From Alistipes sp. (GTDB taxonomy: Bacteria > Bacteroidota > Bacteroidia > Bacteroidales > Rikenellaceae), in the NCBI GenBank assembly GCA_045652985.1, contig JAZOLM010000032.1, forward strand, positions 6,916-70,915: a stretch of 64,000 bases of DNA, written 5' to 3'. The position numbers and the translations under genes are program-made. Positions 31,201-41,341 of this stretch are shown one piece after another. The stretch's first letter is position 1. Each line of letters opens with the position of its first letter. The notes below the pieces were generated by a model that saw only the letters and a list, made by a program, of their open reading frames with translations, was not told the DNA's origin and did no database searches.

Positions 31201-32094
31201 CTAAAATGATAACGGTGCTTTGATTGCTGGGTGTGGGTCGTAGCCCTCGAGGGTGAAGTCCTCATATTTGTAGTCGAAGATGGACTTAACATCGGGATTT
31301 AGGTGCATCGTTGGTAGCTTGCGAGGTGTGCGCTGTAGCTGCTCTGCCGCCTGCTCCATATGGTTTAGGTAGAGGTGTGCATCACCCAACGTATGGATAA
31401 ACTCACCCGCCTCGAGACCGCACTCCTTGGCTATCATCATCGTAAGCAGAGCATACGATGCTATATTGAATGGCACACCGAGGAAGGTGTCGCCACTGCG
31501 CTGATAGAGCTGGCACGACAATTTACCCTCGGCAACGAAGAACTGAAACATCGTGTGGCAGGGTGGTAGTGCCATGTCGCCCACATCGGCAACATTCCAT
31601 GCCGAGACGATCATGCGGCGTGACGTAGGGTTGCTCTTGAGTGTCTCGATGACAGATGCTATCTGGTCGATAGCCTCGCCATTATTACCGCCCCAGCTAC
31701 GCCACTGGTGACCATAAACGTGGTTTAGGTCGCCAAATTTGTAGCCCTCGATAGGCGATTCTATGCCCGCAGCAGCGAGGAACGTATCCATATCCACAGG
31801 CAGCACGCCATGCTTCACGCACAGCTCGTTATAGTAGCGGAAGGCGTCGCTATCCCAGATATGAACGCCATTCTCCACAAGGTACTTGATATTGGTCTCG
31901 CCCCTGAGGAACCACAACAACTCATGGATAACGCCCTTGAGGAATACCTTCTTGGTCGTTAGCAGAGGGAAGCCCTCGGCGAGGTTGAAGCGCATCTGGT
32001 AGCCGAAGATACCCTTGGTGCCTGTGCCAGTGCGGTCGCCACGAACAACACCCTCGCGGCATATCTTATCTAATAGGTCAAGATACTGTTTCAT
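31201..32094 (-). CDS. thyA: Thymidylate synthase
   Basis: DRTGTGT, ALPPCH, YQRS.D..LGVPFN. Confidence 0.98.
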   Translation of the reverse strand: MKQYLDLLDKICREGVVRGDRTGTGTKGIFGYQMRFNLAEGFPLLTTKKVFLKGVIHELLWFLRGETNIKYLVENGVHIWDSDAFRYYNELCVKHGVLPVDMDTFLAAAGIESPIEGYKFGDLNHVYGHQWRSWGGNNGEAIDQIASVIETLKSNPTSRRMIVSAWNVADVGDMALPPCHTMFQFFVAEGKLSCQLYQRSGDTFLGVPFNIASYALLTMMIAKECGLEAGEFIHTLGDAHLYLNHMEQAAEQLQRTPRKLPTMHLNPDVKSIFDYKYEDFTLEGYDPHPAIKAPLSF

Positions 32095-32836
32095 CTATTA
32101 CAAAGGTTTTAAGTTGTGGGTCGCCGCTCTCATCAATCACGCCATATATAGCCTCCTTGCCCGACCAGTCGCTGAGGAAGAGCGCATCGAAACCCTCGTC
32201 GTGATGGATGTATGGATAGTGCATATGTCCGTAGAAGTAGGTGCTCACCCTCTTGTTAGCGGCGTGGTGCTCACGCGCATAGTCCACAAGGAACTTTAGC
32301 GACTCGGGCGATGGCTCGAAGCCTTTATGCGACTTGCGCGACTTGCCGCTCCACCATCTGCCGAAGCGTAGTGCGAGGTCGGGGTGTATGAGCCAGCTGA
32401 AGAGGAAGCGTGCCACCGACGAGCGGAAGAAGCCATTCATGGCGCGTAGCATTGGCTTGCCCTTGATATTGAGGTTGTCGCCATGTGCCAAATGAAGCAC
32501 TCGACCCTCAATCTCCACCACCTGTGGCTTGCGGAATATCTTAACGCCACACTCCTGCTCGAAGTAGTCATAGCACCACATATCGTGGTTGCCGGTGATG
32601 AAGACCACATCGACACCCTTGCGCGTCAGCTCCGCTAAGCGTGCAAGGACCCTCACGTGCCCCTTGGGTGCTACACGGCGATACTCGAACCAAAAGTCGA
32701 AGATGTCTCCTAAGAGGTATATCGCCTTTGCATCCGTGGCTACCATGTCGAGCCAACGGCAGAAGGCATCTTCCGCACGCTTCGAGTGTTGCTCACCGCC
32801 GGCGCCAAGGTGTATGTCCGAGACAATATAGTACAT
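32078..32836 (-). CDS. lpxH: UDP-2,3-diacylglucosamine hydrolase (LpxH-like metallophosphoesterase)
   Basis: SDIHLG, GDIFDFW, GNHD, HGD, GHMH. Confidence 0.85.
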   Translation of the reverse strand: MYYIVSDIHLGAGGEQHSKRAEDAFCRWLDMVATDAKAIYLLGDIFDFWFEYRRVAPKGHVRVLARLAELTRKGVDVVFITGNHDMWCYDYFEQECGVKIFRKPQVVEIEGRVLHLAHGDNLNIKGKPMLRAMNGFFRSSVARFLFSWLIHPDLALRFGRWWSGKSRKSHKGFEPSPESLKFLVDYAREHHAANKRVSTYFYGHMHYPYIHHDEGFDALFLSDWSGKEAIYGVIDESGDPQLKTFVIDETVS

Positions 32837-32849
32837 CGTAGAATAGGCT

Positions 32850-34019
32850 TTATAGGAGCTCTTTAATCACTCTCTCAAGTTCTGCAGTGTTCAATGGCGC
32901 ATAGCTCACATTGCCATCACGATCGATGATATAGGCGTATGGCACCACCTGGATGTTGTAGACGTCGAATACCTTTGGGTTGTCGCCGCCAAATACAGAT
33001 GCCCATGGGTGCTGCTGCTTCTGTACCATATCTATCCATGCGATACGGTCCATGTCAGCAGATACGAAGTATGCCTCCAAGCCAGCGTCGTGGTAGCGCT
33101 TGTATAGCTCCTTGAATTGACTAACGAAGATATTGCTCATCGAGTCCTGCGATGACCAGAAGCATAGCAGCGTTACCTTACCGCGTAGGTCGGATAGGTT
33201 GTGTGTCACGCGATTGATGTCCGTGAGCGATATGTCGGGGTATAGAGCCTCTGGGGCATTATCAATCATCTTCGCAATCTCTATCTGCTGCTCGAGCATA
33301 GCGATATATGGCGATGATGGATAGCTCTTTGCAAGTGCCTGACAGATGCCCTCAAGGTGCATATAGTTTACGCCGTTAGATGCTAAATCAGGAAACTCTC
33401 TTTCGAAGAGATCCAACTGAGAGGCATATATCGCTGCAAGTTTATCGGCATTTTTTACGACAAACTCAATCTGCATGCGGAGTGCTGTCATGGCTATCTC
33501 TGTCGCAGCCCTCCACTCGCCAAACTCCAACTTTTTTGTGTATTTATTGTAGTAGTCGAAGTATGAGTTGTGAAACTCGCGTAGTAGCTGCGACTCCTCA
33601 GAGCCCTCCACCTCATAGTTTAGACCAATATCTCCAGCCGAACGTAGCACGATATTGTCGCCCGGCGCAATTATGAGTGGAAGGTGGAGATCCTCACCCT
33701 CTGTCTCAATGCAGTAGTAGCGTGGCGACGCCCCCTTCTCGATCTTAAACTCAAATTTAAAATCACCATTAGCCGTTAGCTCATGGGAGCCAATCTCTTG
33801 GACTTGGCTGAAGTCGTCAGTGATCGATACCAATGTTATGCTATTTACGCCGCTGCCAACAAAGCGACCGCTAACAGTCGTTGTAGCCATGCCCTGGCTA
33901 TCTGCTGACGAACTACCTGCGGCAGCCTCAGTGTCACTTGTCTTGTTGCTCTTATCGTTGTGGTTACATGCGGTGATGGCGAGTGACATCACGGCAATTA
34001 TCCAAAATAGTCTCTTCAT
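32850..34019 (-). CDS. TlpA-like thioredoxin-fold lipoprotein lacking CxxC
   Basis: Lipobox ITAC; LSDLRGKVTLLCFWSSQD; VPYAYIIDRDG. Confidence 0.8.
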   Translation of the reverse strand: MKRLFWIIAVMSLAITACNHNDKSNKTSDTEAAAGSSSADSQGMATTTVSGRFVGSGVNSITLVSITDDFSQVQEIGSHELTANGDFKFEFKIEKGASPRYYCIETEGEDLHLPLIIAPGDNIVLRSAGDIGLNYEVEGSEESQLLREFHNSYFDYYNKYTKKLEFGEWRAATEIAMTALRMQIEFVVKNADKLAAIYASQLDLFEREFPDLASNGVNYMHLEGICQALAKSYPSSPYIAMLEQQIEIAKMIDNAPEALYPDISLTDINRVTHNLSDLRGKVTLLCFWSSQDSMSNIFVSQFKELYKRYHDAGLEAYFVSADMDRIAWIDMVQKQQHPWASVFGGDNPKVFDVYNIQVVPYAYIIDRDGNVSYAPLNTAELERVIKELL

Positions 34020-34054
34020 TCTAAATTATTGTTTTATTACTTTGTTGCGCCTAT

Positions 34055-34732
34055 CTATTTGTGGTTGTTGTGTCGCGCAACACCCTTCGTATTCTTCGCC
34101 TGTTTGCGGTTATTGTTGGGGTGCTGTGACTGAGCCTTACGCTGGGGCTTGCGCTGACCCTGCGCAGAGGCGTGATAGTCGCTGCGCATATTGCTAATTG
34201 CCGAAAGGTCGATCTCGGCATCCCCGCCCGACATGATGCGTATATCTCGTATTATAGCCTCGTTGTTGGGGTGCTCGTTGTTGAACTCAAAGCTCTTGGA
34301 GCGCATATAGCGGGCGATGTCAACGATCCTACCTGTTGTGTGGCGGCTGCTCTTGCCCTTGACTATCGAGCGTACGAACTCCTGGGTGTATTTGCCATAG
34401 TGCTTAAAGGTGATGCGAGACTGAGGATAGCTCAATTTTTGAGGCGTAATCATCAGATCTTGGCGTGATGGTTGTGCGTATGGCGAGTCGACATCCAACT
34501 GAAAGTCCGACATTATGAATAGATGGTCCCAGAGCTTATGTTTGAAATCCTCTGTGTCGCGGAGCATAGGGTTGAGGTTGCCCATGACGGCAATCACAGC
34601 CTTAGCTTGGCGCGTACGCTCCTGTCTATCTTCGATGAGCAGCAGCGAGTCGACCATCTCCTGAATATGGCGACCATACTCTGGAAGGTACAACTTGCGA
34701 CGCTTGTAATTATAATTTTTTCTCATTTCCAT
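34055..34732 (-). CDS. DUF4290-family protein
   Basis: LPEYGRHIQEMVD and HKLWDHLFIMSDF motifs. Confidence 0.88.
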   Translation of the reverse strand: MEMRKNYNYKRRKLYLPEYGRHIQEMVDSLLLIEDRQERTRQAKAVIAVMGNLNPMLRDTEDFKHKLWDHLFIMSDFQLDVDSPYAQPSRQDLMITPQKLSYPQSRITFKHYGKYTQEFVRSIVKGKSSRHTTGRIVDIARYMRSKSFEFNNEHPNNEAIIRDIRIMSGGDAEIDLSAISNMRSDYHASAQGQRKPQRKAQSQHPNNNRKQAKNTKGVARHNNHK

Positions 34733-34959
34733 ATACTTATCGAATATGACGATAAACTATAAATTGGTGACAATGGTCAATATACGTGTTGTTCAAGGCT
34801 CAAATGAGTGGTGCATGGTTGCACCAATGCTTAAAAGATAGAATCTTTACCTCGTAATTATTTCCCTATCTGCTACTCATGTAGTTGTCGGGGAGTTGAG
34901 CCCGGATAAACTCTGTTTATCCCTACAAAGTAAATGCAATTTTTTCACATAAGCAAACT

Positions 34960-36102
34960 ATGATTACAATTTTACTTCTATTTCACTCTAAAAGTATTCG
35001 CAACTCCTTGGTTGAGAGGCTTAAGTTTGAGAACTTCGCTACTGTCGAGGCTGACAATGAGGAGTCAGCGCAGCAGATATGTAGCACAACGCCGTGTGAT
35101 GCTGCGATTGTCGGCAGCGACATATCGCTAGATAGCATCGACCTACCGAAGATCGTAATCGGTCAAGAGCCAAATATGGAGACGGCGCTTGCCGCTGTGC
35201 GCAGTGGCGCTATCGACTACCTAAGCACACCCATCGACATGAATCGCCTCATGTGGCGGCTGCGCAGTATCGATATTATGAGTGACGAAGAGCCCATAAA
35301 AATAGCTACCGTGCAGCGCTCAGGTAGTAGACGCACGAATTGTGCCACAACACAGCCCATTATCGGCTGCTCCAAGGCCATTGAGCACGTTAGAGAGATG
35401 ATTAGTCGTGTAGCGCCATCCGATGCGAGGGTTCTGGTGTTGGGCGAGAATGGCACAGGCAAGGAGCTTGTAGCTCGATGGTTGCACCTCAAGAGCCATC
35501 GCGCCCATGCACCCTTCGTTGAGGTCAACTGTGCCGCTATACCATCCGAGCTTATCGAGAGCGAGCTCTTCGGGCATGAGAAGGGGTCGTTCACCTCGGC
35601 AGTGAAGCAGCGAAAGGGGAAGTTCGAGCTTGCCGATGGGGGCACACTCTTTATGGATGAGATTGGCGATATGTCGTTGGCTGCTCAGGCGAAGGTGCTC
35701 AGAGCCTTGCAGGAGAATAAGATAACGCGCGTAGGTGGTGATAGGGATATCCCGGTAAATGTCCGTGTTGTGGCGGCAACGAACAAGGATATACACAACG
35801 AGATAGCCTTAGGGCACTTCCGTGAGGACCTGTATCATCGCCTAAGTGTCATCGAGATAGATGTGCCGCCCTTGCGTGAGAGGCAGGGGGATATAAGCCT
35901 CCTTGTCGACCACTTCATCACGGAGATATGTACGCGCCGTGAGATGGATATCAAGCATATCGATGATGATGCTATAGACATCCTTTCGCATTGTCGCTGG
36001 ACGGGTAACATCCGCGAGTTGCACAACGTTGTTGAGCGACTTATAATCCTTAGCGATGAGCGTATTACGGCGGATAACGTGCGCCTCTATTGCCACGCTT
36101 AG
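34960..36102 (+). CDS. NtrC/NtrX-like AAA+ regulator with degenerate receiver and no C-terminal HTH
   Basis: GENGTGKE, ESELFGHEKGSFTSA, FMDEIG, WTGNIREL. Confidence 0.9.
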   Translation: MITILLLFHSKSIRNSLVERLKFENFATVEADNEESAQQICSTTPCDAAIVGSDISLDSIDLPKIVIGQEPNMETALAAVRSGAIDYLSTPIDMNRLMWRLRSIDIMSDEEPIKIATVQRSGSRRTNCATTQPIIGCSKAIEHVREMISRVAPSDARVLVLGENGTGKELVARWLHLKSHRAHAPFVEVNCAAIPSELIESELFGHEKGSFTSAVKQRKGKFELADGGTLFMDEIGDMSLAAQAKVLRALQENKITRVGGDRDIPVNVRVVAATNKDIHNEIALGHFREDLYHRLSVIEIDVPPLRERQGDISLLVDHFITEICTRREMDIKHIDDDAIDILSHCRWTGNIRELHNVVERLIILSDERITADNVRLYCHA

Positions 36103-36758
36103 TCGGTGATGGCGGCGCTTAGCTCCTCGATGGTTGTTGCTACGTGTGTGGCACCTGCAGCGTACAATTCATCGGCAAAGCGGAAGCCCCAAGCCACGCC
36201 CACAGAGGCGATGCCTGCAGCGGCGGCGGTGTGAATGTCTATGCCCGAGTCGCCGACCATTATTGCCTGCGAGGGGTCGACATCGGCAATGCGTAGTATG
36301 TTGTGGATAATCTCGGGGTTGGGCTTCAGAGGTGCTCCAGGACGATTACCCTCGATGGCGATGAACTCCACGTCGCCGAAAAACTTGGCGATAAGTCGTT
36401 CGGTGCCATGCTGAAACTTATTTGAAGCAACGGCTACCTTCACACCCTCGGCGTTGAGCCTATGTAGCAGCTCGGGGATGCCTGTGTAGGGGGTGGTGTA
36501 GCGATCGATGTTCTCTACGTAGTAGTGGCGGAATTGCGTTACGCACTCCTCTACATAGTTCTCATCCACAGCAAGATGCGCGGGTAGTGCGCGCTCCACC
36601 AGGCGTTTGATGCCTCCGCCCACCATTGCTCTATACTCTGCGTCGGTGTGTTCGGGTAGGTTACGACTGCGCATGACATAGTCCACCGATGCTGCTAAGT
36701 CGCCAATCGTATTTAGCAGCGTGCCATCAAGGTCGAATATCACTAATGAATATTTCAT
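36099..36758 (-). CDS. HAD hydrolase (phosphoglycolate phosphatase-like)
   Basis: FDLDGTL, ASNK, KPNP, VGDSGID; start MKYSL at 36758. Confidence 0.92.
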   Translation of the reverse strand: MKYSLVIFDLDGTLLNTIGDLAASVDYVMRSRNLPEHTDAEYRAMVGGGIKRLVERALPAHLAVDENYVEECVTQFRHYYVENIDRYTTPYTGIPELLHRLNAEGVKVAVASNKFQHGTERLIAKFFGDVEFIAIEGNRPGAPLKPNPEIIHNILRIADVDPSQAIMVGDSGIDIHTAAAAGIASVGVAWGFRFADELYAAGATHVATTIEELSAAITD

Positions 36759-36801
36759 GGCGCAAATATACAAAAATAATTTTTTTTGCTACCTTTGCAT
36801 C

Positions 36802-37692
36802 ATGATACGTTTATCATTAGTAATACCCACATATAACCGCTCGGAGCAGATCGTGAAGACGCTTGAAAGTGTTGTTAAACAGCGCTTTGATGCGTTGCAA
36901 TGGGAGTGCATCATCGTCGATAATAACTCCAAGGACGATACGCGCAAGAGGGTGGAGGAGATAATCGCGAAGCATGAAAGGCTAAATCTGCGATACCTCT
37001 TCGAGACGAAGCAGGGGTTGTCGCATGCTCGTAATTGCGGTATAGCGCATAGTCGTGGCGATATCATCGCCTTTGTGGATGATGATGAGACTATCGTCGA
37101 GGAGTTCGTCAGAGAGTATGTCGCCCTCTTCGACTCGCACCCCGAGGCGATGGCTGCTGGTGGTCGTATTGTGCCTGAGTATATCTCGGGCGAGCCAAAG
37201 TGGATGTCCCACTATGTCGCCCTGCCGATAGCCAACCCGCTCGACTATGGCGACTATGTTCGAAAGTTTCCGCGAGGCAAGCACCCTGGTGGTGGTAATA
37301 TGGCGGTGCGTCGTGAGGTGATAGAGCGCATTGGAGCCTTTGACACTGAGCTGGGGCGCACGGGCGAGAGGCTTATAGGTGGCGAGGAGTGCGACTTCTT
37401 CGAGCGTATGTATGCTAATAATATGCCTATATACTATGTGCCACGAGCAGCGATATATCACCGTATAGGTAGCGATAAGCTCACCGACGACTACACCTCG
37501 CGACTATTCCATCAGGTGGGTGTGTCGCAGCGTATTCGCGCTAAGCGTGCTGGTAGGCTATCGAGAGCCTATGTTGCCGAGGTCGCTAAGTGGGGCGTCA
37601 CACTACTCCTATGCTTAATACATACTCCGGCTCGTTCGCGCTATCTGATAAGACTGCGCCGTGGTATATCCAAGGGTCTCTTTGGCAGATAG
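36802..37692 (+). CDS. Glycosyltransferase family 2
   Basis: VIPTYNR, VDNNS, GLSHARN, FVDDD; start MIRLS at 36802 with TACCTTTG upstream. Confidence 0.92.
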   Translation: MIRLSLVIPTYNRSEQIVKTLESVVKQRFDALQWECIIVDNNSKDDTRKRVEEIIAKHERLNLRYLFETKQGLSHARNCGIAHSRGDIIAFVDDDETIVEEFVREYVALFDSHPEAMAAGGRIVPEYISGEPKWMSHYVALPIANPLDYGDYVRKFPRGKHPGGGNMAVRREVIERIGAFDTELGRTGERLIGGEECDFFERMYANNMPIYYVPRAAIYHRIGSDKLTDDYTSRLFHQVGVSQRIRAKRAGRLSRAYVAEVAKWGVTLLLCLIHTPARSRYLIRLRRGISKGLFGR

Positions 37693-37775
37693 TAGAGAAT
37701 TACTGCTCTATTATACATATTTACTCCGTATAGTAGTAGTTATTGCATAAATTTTATTATATTTGCAAATCCAAT

Positions 37776-37847
37776 GGCTCTTTAGTTCAAGGGATAGAAC
37801 GAAGGTTTCCTAAACCTTAAATCCGGGTTCGAGTCCCGGAGGGGCTA
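37776..37847 (+). tRNA. tRNA-Arg (anticodon CCT), CCA not encoded
   Basis: Cloverleaf: anticodon arm AAGGT-TTCCTAA-ACCTT, T arm CCGGG-TTCGAGT-CCCGG; TATATTTG -7 box just upstream. Confidence 0.95.
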
Positions 37848-37987
37848 CTATTAAAATCCCTACCGTGCTGATCATCACTGAGTTATTGTTTGCTGCATTG
37901 TGAAATGATAATTTTTTGGCACGATGATAGATTGTTATGAACTTCATGCTCTATATATGTGTAGTGATTAAGTAAATCTTTATTTCG

Positions 37988-38614
37988 ATGGCAAAGTTCT
38001 GTTCTGAGTGTGGTGAGAGTACCACAGAGCTAATGAGGCGTTGTCCTCGTTGTGGCGCTACGCTTATGACCTCTTCCAGTGGGGGAGTGATGGTGCGTGC
38101 GACTCTTATGGCTATTGGCGTGCTGATTATGCTTAGCACCTTCTTGGGTTGGTATAATATACGACTGAGCATCGATAACGGTTTTCTCGATGCTGTTTGT
38201 GCCCCTATATCGCGTACATTGTTTAGTTATTCGGGCATAAGCACGACATATGGTCTTCTTGCCTTTGGCTTTGCTCTTGCCTTGATTGTATTTACGGCGT
38301 GTCATCGTCGCTATCTGGCAGCCTTAGCGGCATTGGGATGTGTGGTTGTTGGATTCCTTGCGGTGACATCGTTGCCAGAGGTGTCAGAGTTGATGAAGCC
38401 AGCAAATCCTGGTGGTGGATACCTTATGGAGAACTTTGAGGGTCCATTGCAGGGCACGTTGCCTCTTGGTGGTCTTGAGTTGATAGGTGAGGTTATTATC
38501 GACTACCTGAGCGTTGGGCTACTCCAAGGCGCTAAGATTATGCTAATGCTCTCTGTTGGTGCGCTCTTCCTCTCGGTTTACGATTATGTGCGCTCGCTGA
38601 TGAATATGAAATAA
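37988..38614 (+). CDS. Zinc-ribbon membrane protein
   Basis: CSECG...CPRCG at the N-terminus followed by about 4 TM helices. Confidence 0.75.
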   Translation: MAKFCSECGESTTELMRRCPRCGATLMTSSSGGVMVRATLMAIGVLIMLSTFLGWYNIRLSIDNGFLDAVCAPISRTLFSYSGISTTYGLLAFGFALALIVFTACHRRYLAALAALGCVVVGFLAVTSLPEVSELMKPANPGGGYLMENFEGPLQGTLPLGGLELIGEVIIDYLSVGLLQGAKIMLMLSVGALFLSVYDYVRSLMNMK

Positions 38615-38667
38615 TAGGGCGATTGGCGCGTTACTATATAGAATAAATAACTAAACTAACTTATATT

Positions 38668-39363
38668 ATGGCAATTTACACTTCAAGCAAGACTGCAACG
38701 CAGTCACTTACTGCAACGCTCTTCAAGAGCCTCTATATGCAGATGTCTGCTGCATTGACCATCACGGGTCTTGTAGCCTACTTCCTATCACAGTCACAGG
38801 CATATATCGAGATGCTTATTGGCTCACCAGCTATGGTTTGGATTATCCTCCTTGCTCAGTTGGGCGTCGTTATTTGGCTCTCGGCACGTCTGCACGCTAT
38901 GTCGATGACAACGGCAACGGTGCTCTTTATCCTCTACTCGGTCCTTACGGGTGTTAGCTTCGGTACACTCTTCTTGGTATACGATATGAGTGATATTATC
39001 GCTACGTTCTTCGTTACTGCGGGTACCTTCTTCGCTACCAGCCTTGTAGGTTATGTAACAAAGATGGATCTCTCTAAGATGGGTAGTATTCTTATGATGT
39101 TACTCATAGGTCTTATCATCGCTACTCTTGTAAACTTCTTCATCGGCTCTCATGGCCTATATATGGTTTGCACATACCTCGGCGTAATCATCTTCGTAGG
39201 TCTTACAGCATGGGATACTCAGCGTATTAAGAATATGTTTATGGAGCACGGTACAGCTGATGAGAATGGTCAGAAGCTCGCTCTTATGGGTGCGTTGATG
39301 CTCTACTTGGACTTCATCAACCTATTTATCTATTTGTTGCGTCTTATTGGTGGTCGCGACTAA
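38668..39363 (+). CDS. Bax inhibitor-1/YccA family membrane protein
   Basis: 7 TM helices; TAWDTQRIK; ALMLYLDFINLF. Confidence 0.93.
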   Translation: MAIYTSSKTATQSLTATLFKSLYMQMSAALTITGLVAYFLSQSQAYIEMLIGSPAMVWIILLAQLGVVIWLSARLHAMSMTTATVLFILYSVLTGVSFGTLFLVYDMSDIIATFFVTAGTFFATSLVGYVTKMDLSKMGSILMMLLIGLIIATLVNFFIGSHGLYMVCTYLGVIIFVGLTAWDTQRIKNMFMEHGTADENGQKLALMGALMLYLDFINLFIYLLRLIGGRD

Positions 39364-39376
39364 AGGTATTTAGCTA

Positions 39377-39462
39377 GAAGCTGTCTAACAAACCGAAAAT
39401 TAGCTCTTGTTATACAACTTCTGACAAAATGGGGGTGTCCACAAAACTTGTTGGACACCCCC
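39377..39462 (+). mobile_element. Internally deleted MITE-like element plus conserved hairpin
   Basis: GAAGCTGTCTAACAA...TTGTTATACAACTTC, then GGGGTGTCCACAAAACTTGTTGGACACCCC; same ends as 55730-55963. Confidence 0.7.
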
Positions 39463-39487
39463 TCTCTTGTTATATCTATCGCTACTA

Positions 39488-41170
39488 CTACTTTGTTAGT
39501 GCCTGCGATACGTTGATTATGTAGTCGCCCATGCGCTCGATCTCCGAGAGGGTATCGAGGTAGTAGACACTCGACTGGTAGTTGGCATCGCCACGCTCCA
39601 TCTTGAGCACCTCTGCCTCGCGCATATTGTTGCGCATCTCGTTAATCTCAATCTCGGCATCTACGGCGCGACGCTCTGCCATCTGGTCAACCTTCTCGGC
39701 CTTGAGGTTCTCGATCATCACCGCGTAGGCATTGTCTACGGCTGTAAGCATGCGGTTGAGGTTCTCGATCTGCTCCTCAGTAAAGCTCTTCTCGTGGCTA
39801 TTGCGGCGTGCGAGGATACGACCGATGCTCTCGCCCGAGTCACCAAGGCTCTCCAACTCGCCGATGATGCGATACATACGCTTCGACTCTACGCGTGTCT
39901 CGTCCGAGATGCTATCCTCAGGCATGGCGTTGAGGAACTGCGCAATCTCATACTCTATGCGGTCCGAGATCTCCTCGTACTTCACAAGGCGCTGGCGCGA
40001 TGCCTCGAAATCCTTCTCGTTCTTTGCTGCGATAGCCTTGCGTATGGTCTCGATGCTGCGGCGTGATATCTCCGCGAAGTGTACCACCTCGTTGCGCGCC
40101 TGCTCAATAGAGAGCTCGGCAGTCTCGAGCTGACCTGCGTGGATATACTTCAGCTTAACGCCATCCTCCTCCGCGCTCTTCTTATCCTTGACAATTGCAC
40201 TTGCTGCCTTAACGAGGTACTTGACAAACCATATGAGGATAAAGGTATTGAAGAGGTTGAAGAGCGTGTGAAGCATTGAGATACCGTAGAGCGATGCTGT
40301 GCCATCCACCATTGCGCCATCTGCAGGGTTAGGAAGACCCATCCAGGTGATCGTAAGACCGACGAATGCCAAGAATGGCTTGAAGAGGATGAGTGCCCAG
40401 ATGACGCCGAATACGTTGAAGAGGGTGTGGGACATTGCGGCACGCTTGGCATTCACATTACCTACGGCAGCTGCAATGTTGGCGGTGATTGTAGTACCGA
40501 TATTCTCACCAAGCACCATCGCTGCACCCATCTCGAATGGTATCCAGCCCATGTTAACCATGATGAGTGTGATGGCCATGGTTGCCGATGAGGACTGCAA
40601 CACGAGGGTTAGGATAGTACCGAAAAGAAGGAAAATGAGCACCGAGCCGAAGCCATAGTTTGTCCAGCCCTGGATGAAGGCTAACGACTCCTCGTTGAGG
40701 TCGGGCACCGAGCTCTTCATGAGCGAGAGACCGAGGAAGAGGAGCGAGAAGCCGATGATAAGCTCGCTGATATGGCGGCGCTTATCTCTCTTCGAGAGGC
40801 TTAGGATGAAGCCCACGGCCATGAGTGGCACTGCAAATATCGAGATATCAGACTTGAAGCCGAGGAGTGACACCATCCATGCTGTAACCGTAGTACCAAT
40901 GTTGGCACCCATGATTACGCCCACGGCCTGTGTTAGTGTTAGAAGACCGGCATTAACGAAGCCTACGGTCATTACGGTTGTTGCCGACGAAGACTGGATA
41001 ACAGAGGTGATACCCAAGCCCGAAAGTACGCCCTTGAAGGGCGTTGAGGTCATCGATGTAAGCAGCCCTCGCATCTTGCTACCTGCCGCTTTCTGAAGAC
41101 CGTTGCTCATGAGGTTCATTCCGTAGAGGAACATACCGAGAGCACCCAAAAGTTGAAGAATCATCATCAT
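39488..41170 (-). CDS. Na+/Pi cotransporter (NptA/YjbB) with PhoU domain
   Basis: QSSSATT twice, GANIGTT and GENIGTT, C-terminal PhoU helices. Confidence 0.95.
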   Translation of the reverse strand: MMMILQLLGALGMFLYGMNLMSNGLQKAAGSKMRGLLTSMTSTPFKGVLSGLGITSVIQSSSATTVMTVGFVNAGLLTLTQAVGVIMGANIGTTVTAWMVSLLGFKSDISIFAVPLMAVGFILSLSKRDKRRHISELIIGFSLLFLGLSLMKSSVPDLNEESLAFIQGWTNYGFGSVLIFLLFGTILTLVLQSSSATMAITLIMVNMGWIPFEMGAAMVLGENIGTTITANIAAAVGNVNAKRAAMSHTLFNVFGVIWALILFKPFLAFVGLTITWMGLPNPADGAMVDGTASLYGISMLHTLFNLFNTFILIWFVKYLVKAASAIVKDKKSAEEDGVKLKYIHAGQLETAELSIEQARNEVVHFAEISRRSIETIRKAIAAKNEKDFEASRQRLVKYEEISDRIEYEIAQFLNAMPEDSISDETRVESKRMYRIIGELESLGDSGESIGRILARRNSHEKSFTEEQIENLNRMLTAVDNAYAVMIENLKAEKVDQMAERRAVDAEIEINEMRNNMREAEVLKMERGDANYQSSVYYLDTLSEIERMGDYIINVSQALTK

Positions 41171-41341
41171 AGCTTATAATGTTTTGTTGTTCTTTGTCTC
41201 AGTGTTCTTTGTTTTCTGAGGCAAATATATAAAGACAATATAAGCCGTGCAATAGGCAAAATAAAATGTAACAAAATCTTAACACCGACGCAAAACCTAT
41301 GCAACAATAGCGCTGCTTGAAGTGGTGGTGTGGGCGGATTG

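Noticed and set aside
31740-31850. Insertion in ThyA as an intein or novel domain
   Set aside because: Short, without intein motifs, and located in the known variable small-domain region of ThyA.
34898-34910. GAGCCCGGATAAA resembling a twister ribozyme segment
   Set aside because: The other conserved twister elements are missing; the sequence is explained by local hairpins.
37776-37990. Integrative element at tRNA-Arg
   Set aside because: No integrase and no duplicated tRNA 3' end found in the window.
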